DNA from: Candidatus Dadabacteria bacterium
GTDB taxonomy: Bacteria; Desulfobacterota_D; UBA1144; Nemesobacterales; CSP1-2
Reading direction: 5' to 3'
NCBI GenBank assembly: GCA_963805855.1
Contig: CAWDVW010000005.1
Span: 992,001-1,056,000 of the forward strand
Length of the DNA: 64,000 nt
Shown here: piece by piece, positions 10,948 through 22,195 of the stretch
How the letters are laid out: each line of letters starts with the position of its first letter
Numbering within the stretch: position 1 is the stretch's first letter
The notes under the pieces: generated by a model
Told to the model about the DNA's origin: nothing
Database searches by the model: none
Seen by the model: only the letters and a program-made list of their open reading frames with translations
Program-made: the position numbers and the translations under genes

Positions 10948-12185
10948 ATTCTCGCACCAGCAGCTTCAAGCTTCTTATCCAGCCTCTCGTAGCCACGGTC
11001 GAGATGATAAACCCTCGATATCACTGATTTTCCGCTAGCGGCCAGTCCAGCCAAGACAAGTGATGCGCTGGCTCTGAGATCGCTTGCCATTGTAGGGGCC
11101 GCGCTCAGAAGAGAAATCCCCCTTACAACGGCGCTATTACCTACTAACTTTATATCTGCGCCCATCCTCCTTAATTCACCTGCATGCATAAACCTCTGTG
11201 GAAAAATATTCTCGGTTATAACGCTGAGGCCGTCCGCTACGCTCATCATTGTCATCATCTGAGCCTGCATGTCTGTAGGAAACCCCGGATACGGAAGTGT
11301 ATTTATATCTACGCTCTTTATCCTCTCGTTTCCCCTTACTCTTATTCCGCCGTCATGCCTTGAAATTTCTGCCCCTGCCTCAATCAATTTTCCAATGACA
11401 GCACCAACATTCTCAAATCTGCATTTCCTAATCAGTAGATCGCCCTGTGTAATAGCTGAAGCTACCATCAAAGTCCCCGCCTCGATCCTATCCGGCATAA
11501 CCTCATGCTGTTCCACGGGTGAAAGCCTCTGAACCCCATGAATCGTTATAATATCCGTGCCCGCACCCTCGATTTTAGCACCCATTTTGTTTAGAACGTT
11601 CGCAAGCTCCACAATCTCAGGTTCACATGCAGCATTCAGCAACATCGTCTCCCCCTCTGCCAGAACGGCGGCAAGCATCATGTTTTCTGTGCCTGTGACC
11701 GTAGATACATCAAACGGAACGATATTACCTCTAAGCCTCGAAGCAGAGGTTTCGATATACCCCTCTTCAATCTCAATATCAGCACCCAGAATTCCAATCC
11801 CCTTCAAATGTTGATCGATTGGCCGCTCTCCAATCGCACAACCCCCCGGAAGGGATACCCTAGCACGCCCGAATCTCGCCGTAAGCGGGCCAAGCACGAG
11901 TACCGAAGCGCGCATTGTCCTAACTAGCTCATACGGCGCAACCCAATTGTTAATTCCGGTGCTATCAATTAAAAGGTTGCCATCTTCATACTCAACTTCA
12001 GCGCCCAGTATTCTAAGGAGCTTCGACATCGTTCTTACATCTAAAAGATCAGGCACATTCGTAAAGGTATTTCTACCCTCGGTGAGTAAACATGCCGGCA
12101 TCAGGGCAAGTACTGCGTTTTTTGCTCCGCTGACAACCACCTCTCCCTCGAGTCTCCTTGAACCCTCTATAACTATATTATCCAT
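10929..12185 (-). CDS. murA: UDP-N-acetylglucosamine 1-carboxyvinyltransferase
   Basis: [37 protein letters not shown]. Confidence 0.98.
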   Translation of the reverse strand: MDNIVIEGSRRLEGEVVVSGAKNAVLALMPACLLTEGRNTFTNVPDLLDVRTMSKLLRILGAEVEYEDGNLLIDSTGINNWVAPYELVRTMRASVLVLGPLTARFGRARVSLPGGCAIGERPIDQHLKGIGILGADIEIEEGYIETSASRLRGNIVPFDVSTVTGTENMMLAAVLAEGETMLLNAACEPEIVELANVLNKMGAKIEGAGTDIITIHGVQRLSPVEQHEVMPDRIEAGTLMVASAITQGDLLIRKCRFENVGAVIGKLIEAGAEISRHDGGIRVRGNERIKSVDINTLPYPGFPTDMQAQMMTMMSVADGLSVITENIFPQRFMHAGELRRMGADIKLVGNSAVVRGISLLSAAPTMASDLRASASLVLAGLAASGKSVISRVYHLDRGYERLDKKLEAAGARIWREKD

Positions 12186-13018
12186 CTACCTTTAATTACC
12201 CTCTTAATTCCAGAAAGATCTTCTGAAAATGATATATCCCGATAACCACATGTTCTGAGTATTCCCTCTGCGTCGTTATTTTGCTGCCCCCCTATCTCCA
12301 TGATACACCATCCACCGTTTTTTAGTACAGAAGCTGCTCCTGCAGCCACACGTCTTATACAATCCAGACCATCTTCGCCTCCGTGGAGAGCCAAAATCGG
12401 CTCAAAATCCCTGATATCCGGTTCGAGCTCGAATAATTCCGTTCCCGATATATAAGGGGGATTCGAAACAACAATATCAAAGGACCTCTCCTTAACAAAA
12501 TTCATAACATCCGAATGGACGAAGGTGATATTGTGAACATCTAGCCTTTTTGCATTCTCCTTAGCAACTAAAATTGCATCAAATGAAATATCCGAGGCAA
12601 AGATCATCGAATCACGACGCTCACTTCCAATAGTAATAGCAATGCATCCACTTCCAGTACCGACATCAATTACAAACGGTGAAGACATATTCCCGATAAT
12701 ATTTAATGCTTCCTCCACCAGCTTTTCAGTTTCTGGTCTAGGAATAAGAACCTCCGAGCCAACAAAAAATTTTCTTGAGTAAAACTCCGTCTCGCCCAGA
12801 ATGTATCCGATTGGCTCTCTCCCTAACCTTCTCTCAATTATCTGCTCAAACTCTTTTAAGCTCTCCCCATCTATCTCAATCTCAGGCTGAGTATAAATAT
12901 CAATTTTATCTATCCCAAATACCTTAGAAATGAGTAAAGAGGTCTCTAGGGCTGGGTTATCAATGCCGGCACCTTTAATTTTATCTTTTCCAATCAAGTA
13001 CACTTCTTTCAGGGTCAT
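12173..13018 (-). CDS. prmC: release factor glutamine methyltransferase
   Basis: [23 protein letters not shown]. Confidence 0.95.
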   Translation of the reverse strand: MTLKEVYLIGKDKIKGAGIDNPALETSLLISKVFGIDKIDIYTQPEIEIDGESLKEFEQIIERRLGREPIGYILGETEFYSRKFFVGSEVLIPRPETEKLVEEALNIIGNMSSPFVIDVGTGSGCIAITIGSERRDSMIFASDISFDAILVAKENAKRLDVHNITFVHSDVMNFVKERSFDIVVSNPPYISGTELFELEPDIRDFEPILALHGGEDGLDCIRRVAAGAASVLKNGGWCIMEIGGQQNNDAEGILRTCGYRDISFSEDLSGIKRVIKGRWII

Positions 13019-13266
13019 CTTTGATACACTAGTTTACCTTAAAAAACAATAAGATCTTATTCAGTTCTAAGTCATTTTCAAGCTAACCTGGCCGACGAGT
13101 TAGAAGAAGCCCCAAGGAAATTCTTGCCAGCACAGCCAATTAGGAAATATACGACGTGGCAGATGTATGAAACTTCCGAAATTCGAAAAATTAACAAATC
13201 ATATATAATCCATTAAGATATTCTCTTGGCAAAATATTACTATCGAGAACAAAACCGCAAGAGCCA

Positions 13267-14394
13267 ATGATTGGTAACGGAGTAAAACTAACAAAGATAC
13301 TGGGGATAGAAATCTGGGTTGATTATTCCTGGCTAGTGATATTTGCATTGGTCACGTGGAGTTTGGCAGGTGGGTTCTTCCCAAAAGAATATCCGGGCCT
13401 GACAAGCCAAGCCTATTGGATTATGGGTGCGTTCGCAGCCATTCTGCTATTTTTGTGCGTACTACTCCATGAGCTATCTCACTCCTATGTCGCACAAAAA
13501 TCAGGTATAGCTGTCCCGAGAATCACTCTCTTCTTATTCGGGGGTGTAGCGCAGATAGCTGAGGAGCCCAAGAATCCGAAAATAGAATTAAACGTAGCAG
13601 TAGCTGGCCCTATTTGCAGCTTATTACTGGCTTTATTGTTTTGGATTCTTTCGAAATCCGTGCTCGTCTCTTCAAATATACAATTTCTTGCAATATTCGA
13701 ATATCTTGCCTTCATCAACATAGCCCTTGCAATCTTCAACCTGGTTCCGGGCTTCCCCCTTGACGGAGGAAGGATACTTAGGGCCTATCTTTGGGATAGG
13801 TGGGGGGATGTAAGAAAAGCAACTCATACGGTAAGCCGGATTGGAAGCGGATTTGGCATAGGATTGATAATATTCGGTCTGATTAATTTTTTTTTGGGAA
13901 ACTTCATCGGAGGAATTTGGCTTGTTTTCATCGGTATGTTTTTAAACCAGGCTTCAAAGTCCGGCTATCGAATGACTCTGGCCAAAGACGCGCTGACTGG
14001 TGTAAAGGTAAGAGACATCATGACGTCCAAAGTCACTTCAGTCCCCGCTTCGATTTCAATTAACGAACTAGTCGATAAATACTTCCATCATTATATATTT
14101 GTCTGCTTTCCGGTTGTCGATGAACAAGGTGAGCTTTTAGGCCTAGTCTCGCTCAAACAGGTAAAGGATGTACCCAAAGAATTATGGGATCAAAAAACTG
14201 TAAATGATATTATGATGAGAAATTCTGATTTCAATATTCTCAGTCCCGATGACGACGCCTTAAAAGCGGTAAACCTGATTATGAGAAACGACCTGGGAAG
14301 AGCCCCAGTGGTAGAGAGAAGAAAACTGGTTGGAATTATTACGAGAAGAGATATAATGACATTTCTCTCCATAAAGTACGAACTCGGCACCTAA
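13267..14394 (+). CDS. site-2 protease (M50) with tandem CBS domains
   Basis: HELSH, FNLVPGFPLDGGR, C-terminal CBS pair. Confidence 0.93.
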   Translation: MIGNGVKLTKILGIEIWVDYSWLVIFALVTWSLAGGFFPKEYPGLTSQAYWIMGAFAAILLFLCVLLHELSHSYVAQKSGIAVPRITLFLFGGVAQIAEEPKNPKIELNVAVAGPICSLLLALLFWILSKSVLVSSNIQFLAIFEYLAFINIALAIFNLVPGFPLDGGRILRAYLWDRWGDVRKATHTVSRIGSGFGIGLIIFGLINFFLGNFIGGIWLVFIGMFLNQASKSGYRMTLAKDALTGVKVRDIMTSKVTSVPASISINELVDKYFHHYIFVCFPVVDEQGELLGLVSLKQVKDVPKELWDQKTVNDIMMRNSDFNILSPDDDALKAVNLIMRNDLGRAPVVERRKLVGIITRRDIMTFLSIKYELGT

Positions 14395-14404
14395 CTTATC
14401 ATAA

Positions 14405-14980
14405 ATGACATCAAAATTAGTACTCGCTTCCTCTTCGCCAAGAAGGGAAAAGCTGTTAAGGAAATTAGGATTAGACTTTAATATAATTTCACCAAATGTA
14501 GTCGAAAAGCCTACAAATGGTGAATCTCCAGTTGAGTACGTACTAAGAATTTCTCTAGAAAAAGCTCTAACCGTTGCGGCTGCGTTGGAACACAAATATA
14601 TAGTAATAGGTGCCGACACAATAGTTGTATGTGATGGAGACATACTAGGAAAACCAGAGGATGAAGAAGAAGCAAAATCCATGCTTATGAGGCTCTCGGG
14701 AAGATATCACGAAGTGATGACAGGTCTATCTATTGTCAAGTCAAAGGGCGAAATAATGCATATCGAGTATGTTAAAAGTATGGTCAAGTTCAAATCGCTA
14801 AACCCAGATGAAATTGAAGAATATGTCAATACCAAGGAGCCTCTGGATAAGGCTGGCGGTTATGCGGCACAGGGAATCGGGGCGTTTATGATAGAAGAAA
14901 TTCAGGGCTCATTCACAAACATAGTCGGTCTCCCTCTTTCGAGTTTGTCGAACGCTCTTAAGAATCTGGGAATCATATAA
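14405..14980 (+). CDS. maf: Maf family nucleotide pyrophosphatase
   Basis: LASSSPRR, GADTIV, GKP, DKAGGY, VGLP. Confidence 0.95.
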   Translation: MTSKLVLASSSPRREKLLRKLGLDFNIISPNVVEKPTNGESPVEYVLRISLEKALTVAAALEHKYIVIGADTIVVCDGDILGKPEDEEEAKSMLMRLSGRYHEVMTGLSIVKSKGEIMHIEYVKSMVKFKSLNPDEIEEYVNTKEPLDKAGGYAAQGIGAFMIEEIQGSFTNIVGLPLSSLSNALKNLGII

Positions 14981-14989
14981 TCATCGTTA

Positions 14990-15685
14990 ATGAAGATGGA
15001 AATAGCACAGTCCCTACAAGACATTCAGGAGAAAATATTTAGAGCCGCGGTCAGGGCTAAAAGAGACCCCACCGGAATAAGGATTGTTGCTGCTAGCAAA
15101 ACCGTGAATCCCGAAAGGGTCATAGAGGCCTATAACGCAGGGATCGATACCTTTGGTGAAAGCTACGCACAGGAGTTTAGAGATAAGCACCTAATAGTCG
15201 ATTCAATATTAGGACAGAAAGTAAAGTGGCATTTCGTAGGTCGGATCCAGAGGAATAAGGTGAAATATATTGTTGGTAAGGTTGAACTTATACACTCGCT
15301 TGATAATATTAAGGTTGCTGATGAGATCAACCGGAGAGCAGAAATGCTGGAAATCAGTGTTCAGGCTCTAATCGAGGTAAATGCCGGTGAGGAGTCAAAA
15401 GGTGGAGTCAATTTTGGAAATGTTAAGGGATTTCTCGAAGGCCTCAGAGCATTCCAAAACATTGAAATAGAAGGGCTAATGATTATGGCTCCTTATTTTG
15501 ATGAACCAGAAATGTCAAGGCCCTACTTCAAAAAACTAAGGGAATTGAGGGATGGATTAAAAAAGGATTTCCCAAGACTAACACAGCTTTCGATGGGAAT
15601 GAGCGCGGATTTTGAAATTGCGATCGAAGAAGGATCAACAATTGTAAGAATAGGAACCGCTATTTTCGGACCTAGACCCCAATGA
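14990..15685 (+). CDS. yggS: PLP homeostasis protein YggS
   Basis: [44 protein letters not shown]. Confidence 0.95.
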   Translation: MKMEIAQSLQDIQEKIFRAAVRAKRDPTGIRIVAASKTVNPERVIEAYNAGIDTFGESYAQEFRDKHLIVDSILGQKVKWHFVGRIQRNKVKYIVGKVELIHSLDNIKVADEINRRAEMLEISVQALIEVNAGEESKGGVNFGNVKGFLEGLRAFQNIEIEGLMIMAPYFDEPEMSRPYFKKLRELRDGLKKDFPRLTQLSMGMSADFEIAIEEGSTIVRIGTAIFGPRPQ

Positions 15686-15739
15686 ATGAAGAATCTTTAC
15701 AATAAGCCATTATTTAGGGAGTATTAAACTGGAGGAAAA

Positions 15740-16558
15740 ATGAAAAAATTAGGATTCATAGGGGCTGGCCACATGGGTGAGGCACTTTTAAGGGGACTGA
15801 TTGCGTCCGGAATGTGCAGAAAAGATCAGATTATAGTCAGTGACATTGATCCGGATAGACTTAAAGTGATGTCATCAAGCTATGATGTAAATACCACATC
15901 CAATAATAAAGAGGTATTGAAACGGTCAAATGTTGTCATACTAGCGGTAAAACCCGATGCGATAGGAGGTGTATTGAGTGAAATAAGGGGATTATTAACC
16001 CCGGGTAAGATCTTGATTTCCATCGCGGCCGGTATTACCACTTCCTTAATCTCTGAGAAAATAATGAAAAAAGTAAAGCTGGTTCGTGCGATGCCCAATA
16101 CACCTGCACTCGTACTAATGGGTGCAACCGTCCTTTATTTCAATCCGCTGTTAAACCAAAAAGAAAGAGAATTAATAAAGCGGATTTTTGAATCTGTAGG
16201 CACTGTGGATTTAGTAGAAAATGAAAAGCTACTTGATGCTGTTACGGGTCTGAGTGGGAGCGGTCCAGCTTTTGTCGCAATGTTTATCGACGCACTTTCG
16301 GATGGAGGCGTTAAGATGGGGCTCACAAAACGCGTAGCACTGAGACTTGCCGCCCAAACAGTATATGGAACGGCGAAACTAGTTCTTGATGGAGGGCTCC
16401 ACCCCGCTGAATTTAAGGACAGTGTTTCATCTCCGGCCGGAACCACGATTGAAGGAGTACATCAATTAGAGTTGTATGGTTTTAGGGGAAGCGTTATTTC
16501 GGCAGTGGAATCTGCTGCACTCCGCTCGAGAGAATTATCCAAGGGAGAATATAGATGA
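15740..16558 (+). CDS. proC: pyrroline-5-carboxylate reductase
   Basis: GFIGAGHMG, RAMPNTP, GLSGSGPA, SPAGTT. Confidence 0.96.
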   Translation: MKKLGFIGAGHMGEALLRGLIASGMCRKDQIIVSDIDPDRLKVMSSSYDVNTTSNNKEVLKRSNVVILAVKPDAIGGVLSEIRGLLTPGKILISIAAGITTSLISEKIMKKVKLVRAMPNTPALVLMGATVLYFNPLLNQKERELIKRIFESVGTVDLVENEKLLDAVTGLSGSGPAFVAMFIDALSDGGVKMGLTKRVALRLAAQTVYGTAKLVLDGGLHPAEFKDSVSSPAGTTIEGVHQLELYGFRGSVISAVESAALRSRELSKGEYR

Positions 16559-16866
16559 ACATTATTGCGAACCTAATCGGCGCTCTCGCAACGGTTCTGG
16601 ATATATTGCTCAATGTCTATATGTGGATAATAGTAGCAAGGGCTATAATATCGTGGGTAAGCCCGAATCCATATAATCCGATCGTAAACTTTCTGATAGT
16701 GGCTACCGAACCGGTGCTCAGGTTCGCGAGAAGAATCGTCCCCCCGATAGGAGGAACTTTCGACCTCTCGCCGATACTTGTACTAGTTGCTATCGTCTTT
16801 TTGAGACAATTCCTAGTTCAAACCCTTCATCAATTGGCAATCAACTTGAGTACCGGTGCCTTTTGA
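16555..16866 (+). CDS. yggT: YggT family membrane protein
   Basis: SWVSPNPYNP, TEPVL, DLSP. Confidence 0.92.
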   Translation: MNIIANLIGALATVLDILLNVYMWIIVARAIISWVSPNPYNPIVNFLIVATEPVLRFARRIVPPIGGTFDLSPILVLVAIVFLRQFLVQTLHQLAINLSTGAF

Positions 16867-17162
16867 AATACGATAAAAAACAATCTTCTATGACTATAGA
16901 GGTTAAAGTGGTGCCGAAATCCGGACGTGATGAGATTCGGGGATTTATAAATGGAATACTAAAGGTTAGGGTTTCTGCCCCCCCAATAGAAGGAAAAGCA
17001 AATGAAGGGGTCGTAGAGTTGATTTCGAGCACAATAGGAGTGCCGAGATCTGACATAACTATAATAAAAGGTAGGACCTCAAGAATAAAAACCATAAGCA
17101 TCGAAGGCGTATCACAAAGTAAATTCAATTGGTTTAAAAAAACTTATTCCGACAAAAAATAA
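16863..17162 (+). CDS. yggU: DUF167/YggU family protein
   Basis: VKVVPKS, APPIEGKAN, GRTSRIK; conserved gene order. Confidence 0.88.
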   Translation: MKYDKKQSSMTIEVKVVPKSGRDEIRGFINGILKVRVSAPPIEGKANEGVVELISSTIGVPRSDITIIKGRTSRIKTISIEGVSQSKFNWFKKTYSDKK

Positions 17163-17256
17163 ATCTTCTAAACATAACCCGTAAAACATTTATGAATTCG
17201 GAACCGATCCTTAGTACAAACCAAAAAGAGGTAAGTTAAGATTGTTGAGCATTCTC

Positions 17257-18027
17257 ATGCCAGATAGCAAATTACACTATTTGCGTAGCGATATTTTCAA
17301 CAAAGTTCATCCTACGATTTTGATGATTCATGGTGCCGGCCAGACGGGTAAGACCTGGGAAAATCAATTTGAGATTCTACGAGACCAGGCCAAATTTAAT
17401 ACCGTAATAGTAGATCTTCCGGGTCACGGTAAATCTATCGGACCAGGCTGCTCGAGAATAGAGGAGTACAAGAATTTCTTAAAATATTTCTGTGACGAAC
17501 TAGATTTGACAGATCTAATTCTCGTCGGTCATTCAATGGGGGGTGGAATAGCGCAGCGATATGCCATCGACCACCCGCAAAGTGTTAATTCCCTGATTCT
17601 TGTAGCGACCGGCGCCAGGCTCAGAGTCGCTAAAGAAACTCTCAATTTAGTAAAAACCGACTACGGTAGATTTTGTGAAATCGCTCCTTCCCGCGCCTTC
17701 GCAGACTCATCTCCTGACGAATTAAAAGAAGAATTCAGACGGGGACTCTTGAGTGTGGCACCCGAGGTGGTATTTCAGGATTTTATCGCATGTGATAAGT
17801 TCGATATTACGGGCGACGTTGAGGCCATCGGGGTGCCGACGCTCATCATTTCAGGTGATCAGGATATTCTAACCCCTGTAAAATATGGAGAGTATCTCCA
17901 CGAAAAGATTAAAAACTCAACTCTTCAAGTAATAAGGGACGCAGGACACTTTATGATGAAAGAAAAGCCCCATGAATTCAACAGGGTTCTAGCGAATTTC
18001 CTTAAATCCCGATCAGAATTCCTTTAA
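17257..18027 (+). CDS. alpha/beta hydrolase
   Basis: IHGAG, DLPGHG, GHSMGG, GDQD, AGH. Confidence 0.92.
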   Translation: MPDSKLHYLRSDIFNKVHPTILMIHGAGQTGKTWENQFEILRDQAKFNTVIVDLPGHGKSIGPGCSRIEEYKNFLKYFCDELDLTDLILVGHSMGGGIAQRYAIDHPQSVNSLILVATGARLRVAKETLNLVKTDYGRFCEIAPSRAFADSSPDELKEEFRRGLLSVAPEVVFQDFIACDKFDITGDVEAIGVPTLIISGDQDILTPVKYGEYLHEKIKNSTLQVIRDAGHFMMKEKPHEFNRVLANFLKSRSEFL

Positions 18028-18155
18028 TACAGACCCCTGCTGGTAAGAAAGCATCGAATGGATGTTTTTCTCAAAAAACCTAGGTTTTCATAGCTAGCCT
18101 CTTGAAATATCGATAAAAGTGAATAATAGTCATAATATTGGGGTATTAGAATAAA

Positions 18156-18563
18156 ATGGGACGAAGATACATAATCACAATTTTGTTCTTATTATTAACA
18201 GTGACTTCGGTGTACCCTCAAGCAAATGATAGCCCAGGGCCCACGGTTCAAAAACCGCTGGAAAATCTTAAATTGCTCCCTGACCAATTCCATTTTCTAG
18301 AAAATGGCAATCCTGAGAGCTCCTCAATCACTGAATCGGATGAAATTGATTTAAATCAATTGCTAAATAGCTACTCAGTATATCCTACGATGGAATTCAA
18401 CCTCACGGATAAGATTAGGTCACAAAATAAAAACAAATCCGTGATACTATGGGGAGGGGTCGTGCCATTTTTGTCCATTCCGGACCCTGATCAAAAGGAA
18501 CAGGAAAGTTCCTTTTCTAAAGAAAGCTTTTCTATTTTCTGGCATCTGAAGAAAAGGTTCTAA
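18156..18563 (+). CDS. hypothetical exported protein
   Basis: N-terminal signal-peptide-like segment; no motif recognised. Confidence 0.55.
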   Translation: MGRRYIITILFLLLTVTSVYPQANDSPGPTVQKPLENLKLLPDQFHFLENGNPESSSITESDEIDLNQLLNSYSVYPTMEFNLTDKIRSQNKNKSVILWGGVVPFLSIPDPDQKEQESSFSKESFSIFWHLKKRF

Positions 18564-18658
18564 GTGATCTAACAATTAAAGTATCGTCAAATTCATTCAC
18601 TTTACTCAACCGATTCTTTTGTTAAACTAATGCAAAATTGAACATAGGAGTGTAACAA

Positions 18659-19318
18659 ATGAAAATCTCTCTATTGGGCGGAACCGGAGATATCGCAGAG
18701 GGACTTGTGCTTCGCTGGTCAAAAGTCGGTCACGAAATATTCATCGGCTCGAGGAGCGACGAGAAAGCCAAGGGCATAGCATCACAGTACAACGAAAAAC
18801 TTTCAGAGCGTGGAATAAAGTCCATCATACACGGAATGCCTAACGCAGAAGCTGCCAAAGAGTCTGAGGTGATTATCATAAGCATACCGCCGGAATACGC
18901 AGTTTCCACATTGGAAGGTGTACGAGATAGCATTAATAATCAAATCGTTGTCTCACCGGTAGTTCCAATGGTTAAGAGGGGTAAGTCTTTCTTTTATACT
19001 CCGCCTCCTCTGGGTTCTGCGGCGCTTGAGATAAGACAGGTTTTGCCCGAAGGCGCAAGACTTGTCTCCGCATATCATAATCTCCCGGCGAAGGAACTTA
19101 GTGACATAGAACATGATCTTGATTATGACGTAGTGATATGTGGAGATGACGACGAAGCAAAGGGGGTCGTCAAGAAGCTGACTGAAGATATGCCGAATCT
19201 CAGGGTCCTCGATGCCGGACCCCTTGAAATCTCGTACATGATAGAGGGGATTACACCACTTATTGTCAACCTGAACGTACGGTATAAACCACAGCACTTT
19301 TCGATCAAGTTCGTCTGA
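18659..19318 (+). CDS. npdG: NADPH-dependent F420 reductase
   Basis: LGGTGD...GL, IGSR, SAYHNLPA, DVVICGDD, DAGPL. Confidence 0.88.
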   Translation: MKISLLGGTGDIAEGLVLRWSKVGHEIFIGSRSDEKAKGIASQYNEKLSERGIKSIIHGMPNAEAAKESEVIIISIPPEYAVSTLEGVRDSINNQIVVSPVVPMVKRGKSFFYTPPPLGSAALEIRQVLPEGARLVSAYHNLPAKELSDIEHDLDYDVVICGDDDEAKGVVKKLTEDMPNLRVLDAGPLEISYMIEGITPLIVNLNVRYKPQHFSIKFV

Positions 19319-19329
19319 TCAGGGGGTAA

Positions 19330-19749
19330 TCACTCACCTAACACCTGTATCACCACCCTTCTGGTCCTGGGTCTATTATCAAAATCGATAAGGACAATCT
19401 GCTGCCATGTTCCCAGAAGTAGCTTTGCGGATGAAAACGGTACAGTCAGGGAAGGCCCTAACAGGGACGCTCTGATGTGGGAATAGCCATTTCCGTCGCC
19501 CCACCTTGCATCATGGTGATAATGGATACCCTTCGGTGCAATCCTTTCTATAGCCCCCTGAAAATCCCTTACCGCTCCTTCCTCGTACTCGATCGTTGTA
19601 ACACCTGCCGTAGAACCAGGCACAAATACCGTCACTATTCCCGATGAAATGCCGGAATCTTTCAGCACGTTCGTAACTTTCCCTGTTATATCTATTAAAT
19701 CAGAATCTCCGGAAGTCTTCAGACTAAAATCAAAGGTTTCAACCGCCAT
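19330..19749 (-). CDS. yjbQ: YjbQ/UPF0047 family protein
   Basis: GSTAGVTTIE, YHHD..GDGNGYSH, LGTWQQI, DFD. Confidence 0.92.
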   Translation of the reverse strand: MAVETFDFSLKTSGDSDLIDITGKVTNVLKDSGISSGIVTVFVPGSTAGVTTIEYEEGAVRDFQGAIERIAPKGIHYHHDARWGDGNGYSHIRASLLGPSLTVPFSSAKLLLGTWQQIVLIDFDNRPRTRRVVIQVLGE

Positions 19750-19761
19750 TTTATCCTTCTC

Positions 19762-20727
19762 CTATAGAAGCTTTAGCTGAGAGGGTTTTTCAAGAGGCTT
19801 GGCATTGAACCCCCTCTTCTTAAGACTCATAGAAAACTCAACACCGAAACCGTTTACCACATATACTTCGGTGGGCTTTACAATTTCAACAAACTCAATC
19901 AGCTCATCAAAACCTGCATGATTACTGAGTGGAAAGGCTTCGTCAGCACCAAATGCCGATTTTACAGAAACCCTATCCAATGCCCACCCTGCTACCACTC
20001 CGATACGTTTATCTTCAATGGTTTCGAGTTCGTCAGAATCTCTGGCAGACAGCGGCAACAGTAATACTTTATTTTCGATCTTCATAGGATCAAAACTCTC
20101 ATAGTTCACAAAATCAACGCCGAATTCCTCATAAATCTTAATCACATCGAATATAGATTTATGAAGGCTCAGATTATATGCCTGACTACCCAATACCTTT
20201 ACCAAATCCTGCGCACTCCCCAAATGATTTATCAAGATTACGGGTGCATGGCCAGATGAGAAAGATTCATCTATGAAGGCCCTGATAGATTCAATTACGT
20301 CTTCTGTTGGAGGGAAAATGTAGTTGGGCAATCCGTAGGTACATTTAATGACAAGTATGTCACAATGCTTAGGTACTGCCTGTTCGGAGGTTTCACTTGA
20401 TCTTAGCCTGAGATCACCCGTGTAAACTACCTTTTTGCCATCGAAATCTACCGAGATCTGAGAAGATCCCAGCATTGCCCCAGAAGGTAATAGCTCGACC
20501 TGAACCCTTCCAAGCGAAAATGGCCGATTGAAAGGGCAGGCTAGAACGACGGAATTTCTTATTTTTTTTCCTAAAAGTCTTATAGTCTGTGGTGTCGCAA
20601 TTATTTTCTTATGGGGCCCAAATTTATTAAACCCGGCGTTAGATATAAACGACAACGGCACTTTCCTTTTAGCATCGAACCACAGATCGGTACTTTTTAG
20701 ATGAATACCATCTTTATACTCGATCAT
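19762..20727 (-). CDS. metallo-beta-lactamase/beta-CASP fold protein with degenerate metal motifs
   Basis: ATPQT, LGSSQI, YTGD, TYGLPNYIFP, GWA, FPLSNHAGFDEL resemble ligase-associated exonucleases; HxHxDH replaced by SNAGFNK. Confidence 0.75.
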   Translation of the reverse strand: MIEYKDGIHLKSTDLWFDAKRKVPLSFISNAGFNKFGPHKKIIATPQTIRLLGKKIRNSVVLACPFNRPFSLGRVQVELLPSGAMLGSSQISVDFDGKKVVYTGDLRLRSSETSEQAVPKHCDILVIKCTYGLPNYIFPPTEDVIESIRAFIDESFSSGHAPVILINHLGSAQDLVKVLGSQAYNLSLHKSIFDVIKIYEEFGVDFVNYESFDPMKIENKVLLLPLSARDSDELETIEDKRIGVVAGWALDRVSVKSAFGADEAFPLSNHAGFDELIEFVEIVKPTEVYVVNGFGVEFSMSLKKRGFNAKPLEKPSQLKLL

Positions 20728-20970
20728 CTCTTTTCGATTAGTCTAAGGCCAGTCGGGAAATTTTCAAGTTTATTCTTCCTGAACGATCGCTTCCACATGG
20801 GCATGAAAACCTTGATTCCGACGTCATGAAAACGCATTAGCAACCCTTTATGCAATATCCTCGGGATATCCCAACAACTTTTGTATATTTTTTAAAATTG
20901 ACTGATTAAGGGAAGGGGCACTTGGCTCTGCTATATAGCAGAGCCAAGTGCATTACCTCATTCCTAAGAT

Positions 20971-21345
20971 TTACCAAAGCCCCTGTATTGCAACACCATT
21001 GTGAGCGGTTACAACCTTGCCCTTGCCTGCCCATTCTACCAATGCACCGATGTCATTCCATTCTTCCGGCGCTCTCTTCCAGTGATCGTCGAGACCCGCC
21101 TGATTTTCGTACATCTCGTCCAACACGAACATCGTGTTTCCTGTCGGGGCAGACGTAGGATCCAGAGGATTCTCCAGTTCCGGCCCTTTAATGATGTTAT
21201 AGCGAAGCATAGCTAACTCTCCGGATCTGTGATGCGTTTCCTCCATCCATTTAGCGTGGCTTGCGAAAATTCTTTCTCCCTCGGCTACATGCTCCGGGGG
21301 GCAAATAAACGTGATGGTAATCTGTGTTTTGCCTATTGTAGACAT
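20971..21345 (-). CDS. hypothetical protein, possible dimeric alpha-beta barrel (ABM-like)
   Basis: RBS AAGGAGG; FVLDEMYENQAGLDDH resembles the ABM E-x-Y/W...H pattern. Confidence 0.6.
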   Translation of the reverse strand: MSTIGKTQITITFICPPEHVAEGERIFASHAKWMEETHHRSGELAMLRYNIIKGPELENPLDPTSAPTGNTMFVLDEMYENQAGLDDHWKRAPEEWNDIGALVEWAGKGKVVTAHNGVAIQGLW

Positions 21346-21613
21346 ATACACACCTCCTTTGTTGGGATATTTTGCTTATTTCTCTAAATACGATGAGAAT
21401 TTGAATTTGGCCTCCACTGAAGTATTAACTACTTGGATATAAAACACAAATTATGTCCGAATGATATCTGTTCGCGCTACCAATACGTGACTAATTCTGA
21501 TATGCCTTCATTGACATGAGCCTGGTGTCATCATGCAGAGCCACGCTTTGTGCCGGACGGCTTACGATGTTGCAAAAACGGTCGTTTATGCAACATTTCG
21601 ACTGGCGAAATTT

Positions 21614-21988
21614 TCAAGTTGATAAACTGAGCGGTCGCTGCGCACCCTGTAGTCGAGCCGATGATTTGGGTGAACAGCAAATCTTTATCAATTTCGCGCG
21701 TTCCCGTTGCATCTGAGGATTTTGAGCCAGCCAGGCTTGCACTTCCTGGAGTATTCGTGCGGTATGTGAATCAGCAGGATTAACAATACGATAATGCATC
21801 CACTTCCACTGGCGCCTGGCAGCAACCAACCCGGCCCTGCGTAAGTAAGCCAAATGACGTGAGATCTTGGGTTGACTAATACCTAGAACTTCAACGAAAA
21901 AGCAAACACATACCTCATCATCACGCATAAGATTAAGCAGGCGCAACCGCGTAGTATCCGCAAGTGCACGAAGCAACAGTTCCATCAT
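21614..21988 (-). CDS. arsR: ArsR/SmtB family As(III)-responsive repressor
   Basis: ALADTTRLRLL, EVCVC, SQPKISRHLAYLRRAGLV; divergent from acr3. Confidence 0.9.
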   Translation of the reverse strand: MMELLLRALADTTRLRLLNLMRDDEVCVCFFVEVLGISQPKISRHLAYLRRAGLVAARRQWKWMHYRIVNPADSHTARILQEVQAWLAQNPQMQRERAKLIKICCSPKSSARLQGAQRPLSLST

Positions 21989-22027
21989 AAGCCTCCGTTC
22001 GATTCGAGTCTATTATATTCTATCATA

Positions 22028-22100
22028 AGAATTCATATATGTCTTGACATATATGATTCTGCATTGTATGGTTCGTTCATATCTGCATAAGCGCATATGA
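22028..22100 (+). promoter_or_regulatory. acr3 promoter with ArsR-operator-like inverted repeats
   Basis: TCATATATGTC-TT-GACATATATGA (22033-22056) overlaps TTGACA (22044-49); TATGGT at 17-nt spacing; second TCATAT...ATATGA at 22077-22100. Confidence 0.7.
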
Positions 22101-22195
22101 TATAAGGGAGGGATACCCACTGTAGCACCTAACACCGTTATGGCCCGGCATGGATCGATATCACATTTCCAGCTTGGAGGGGATCCTAAACCAAA

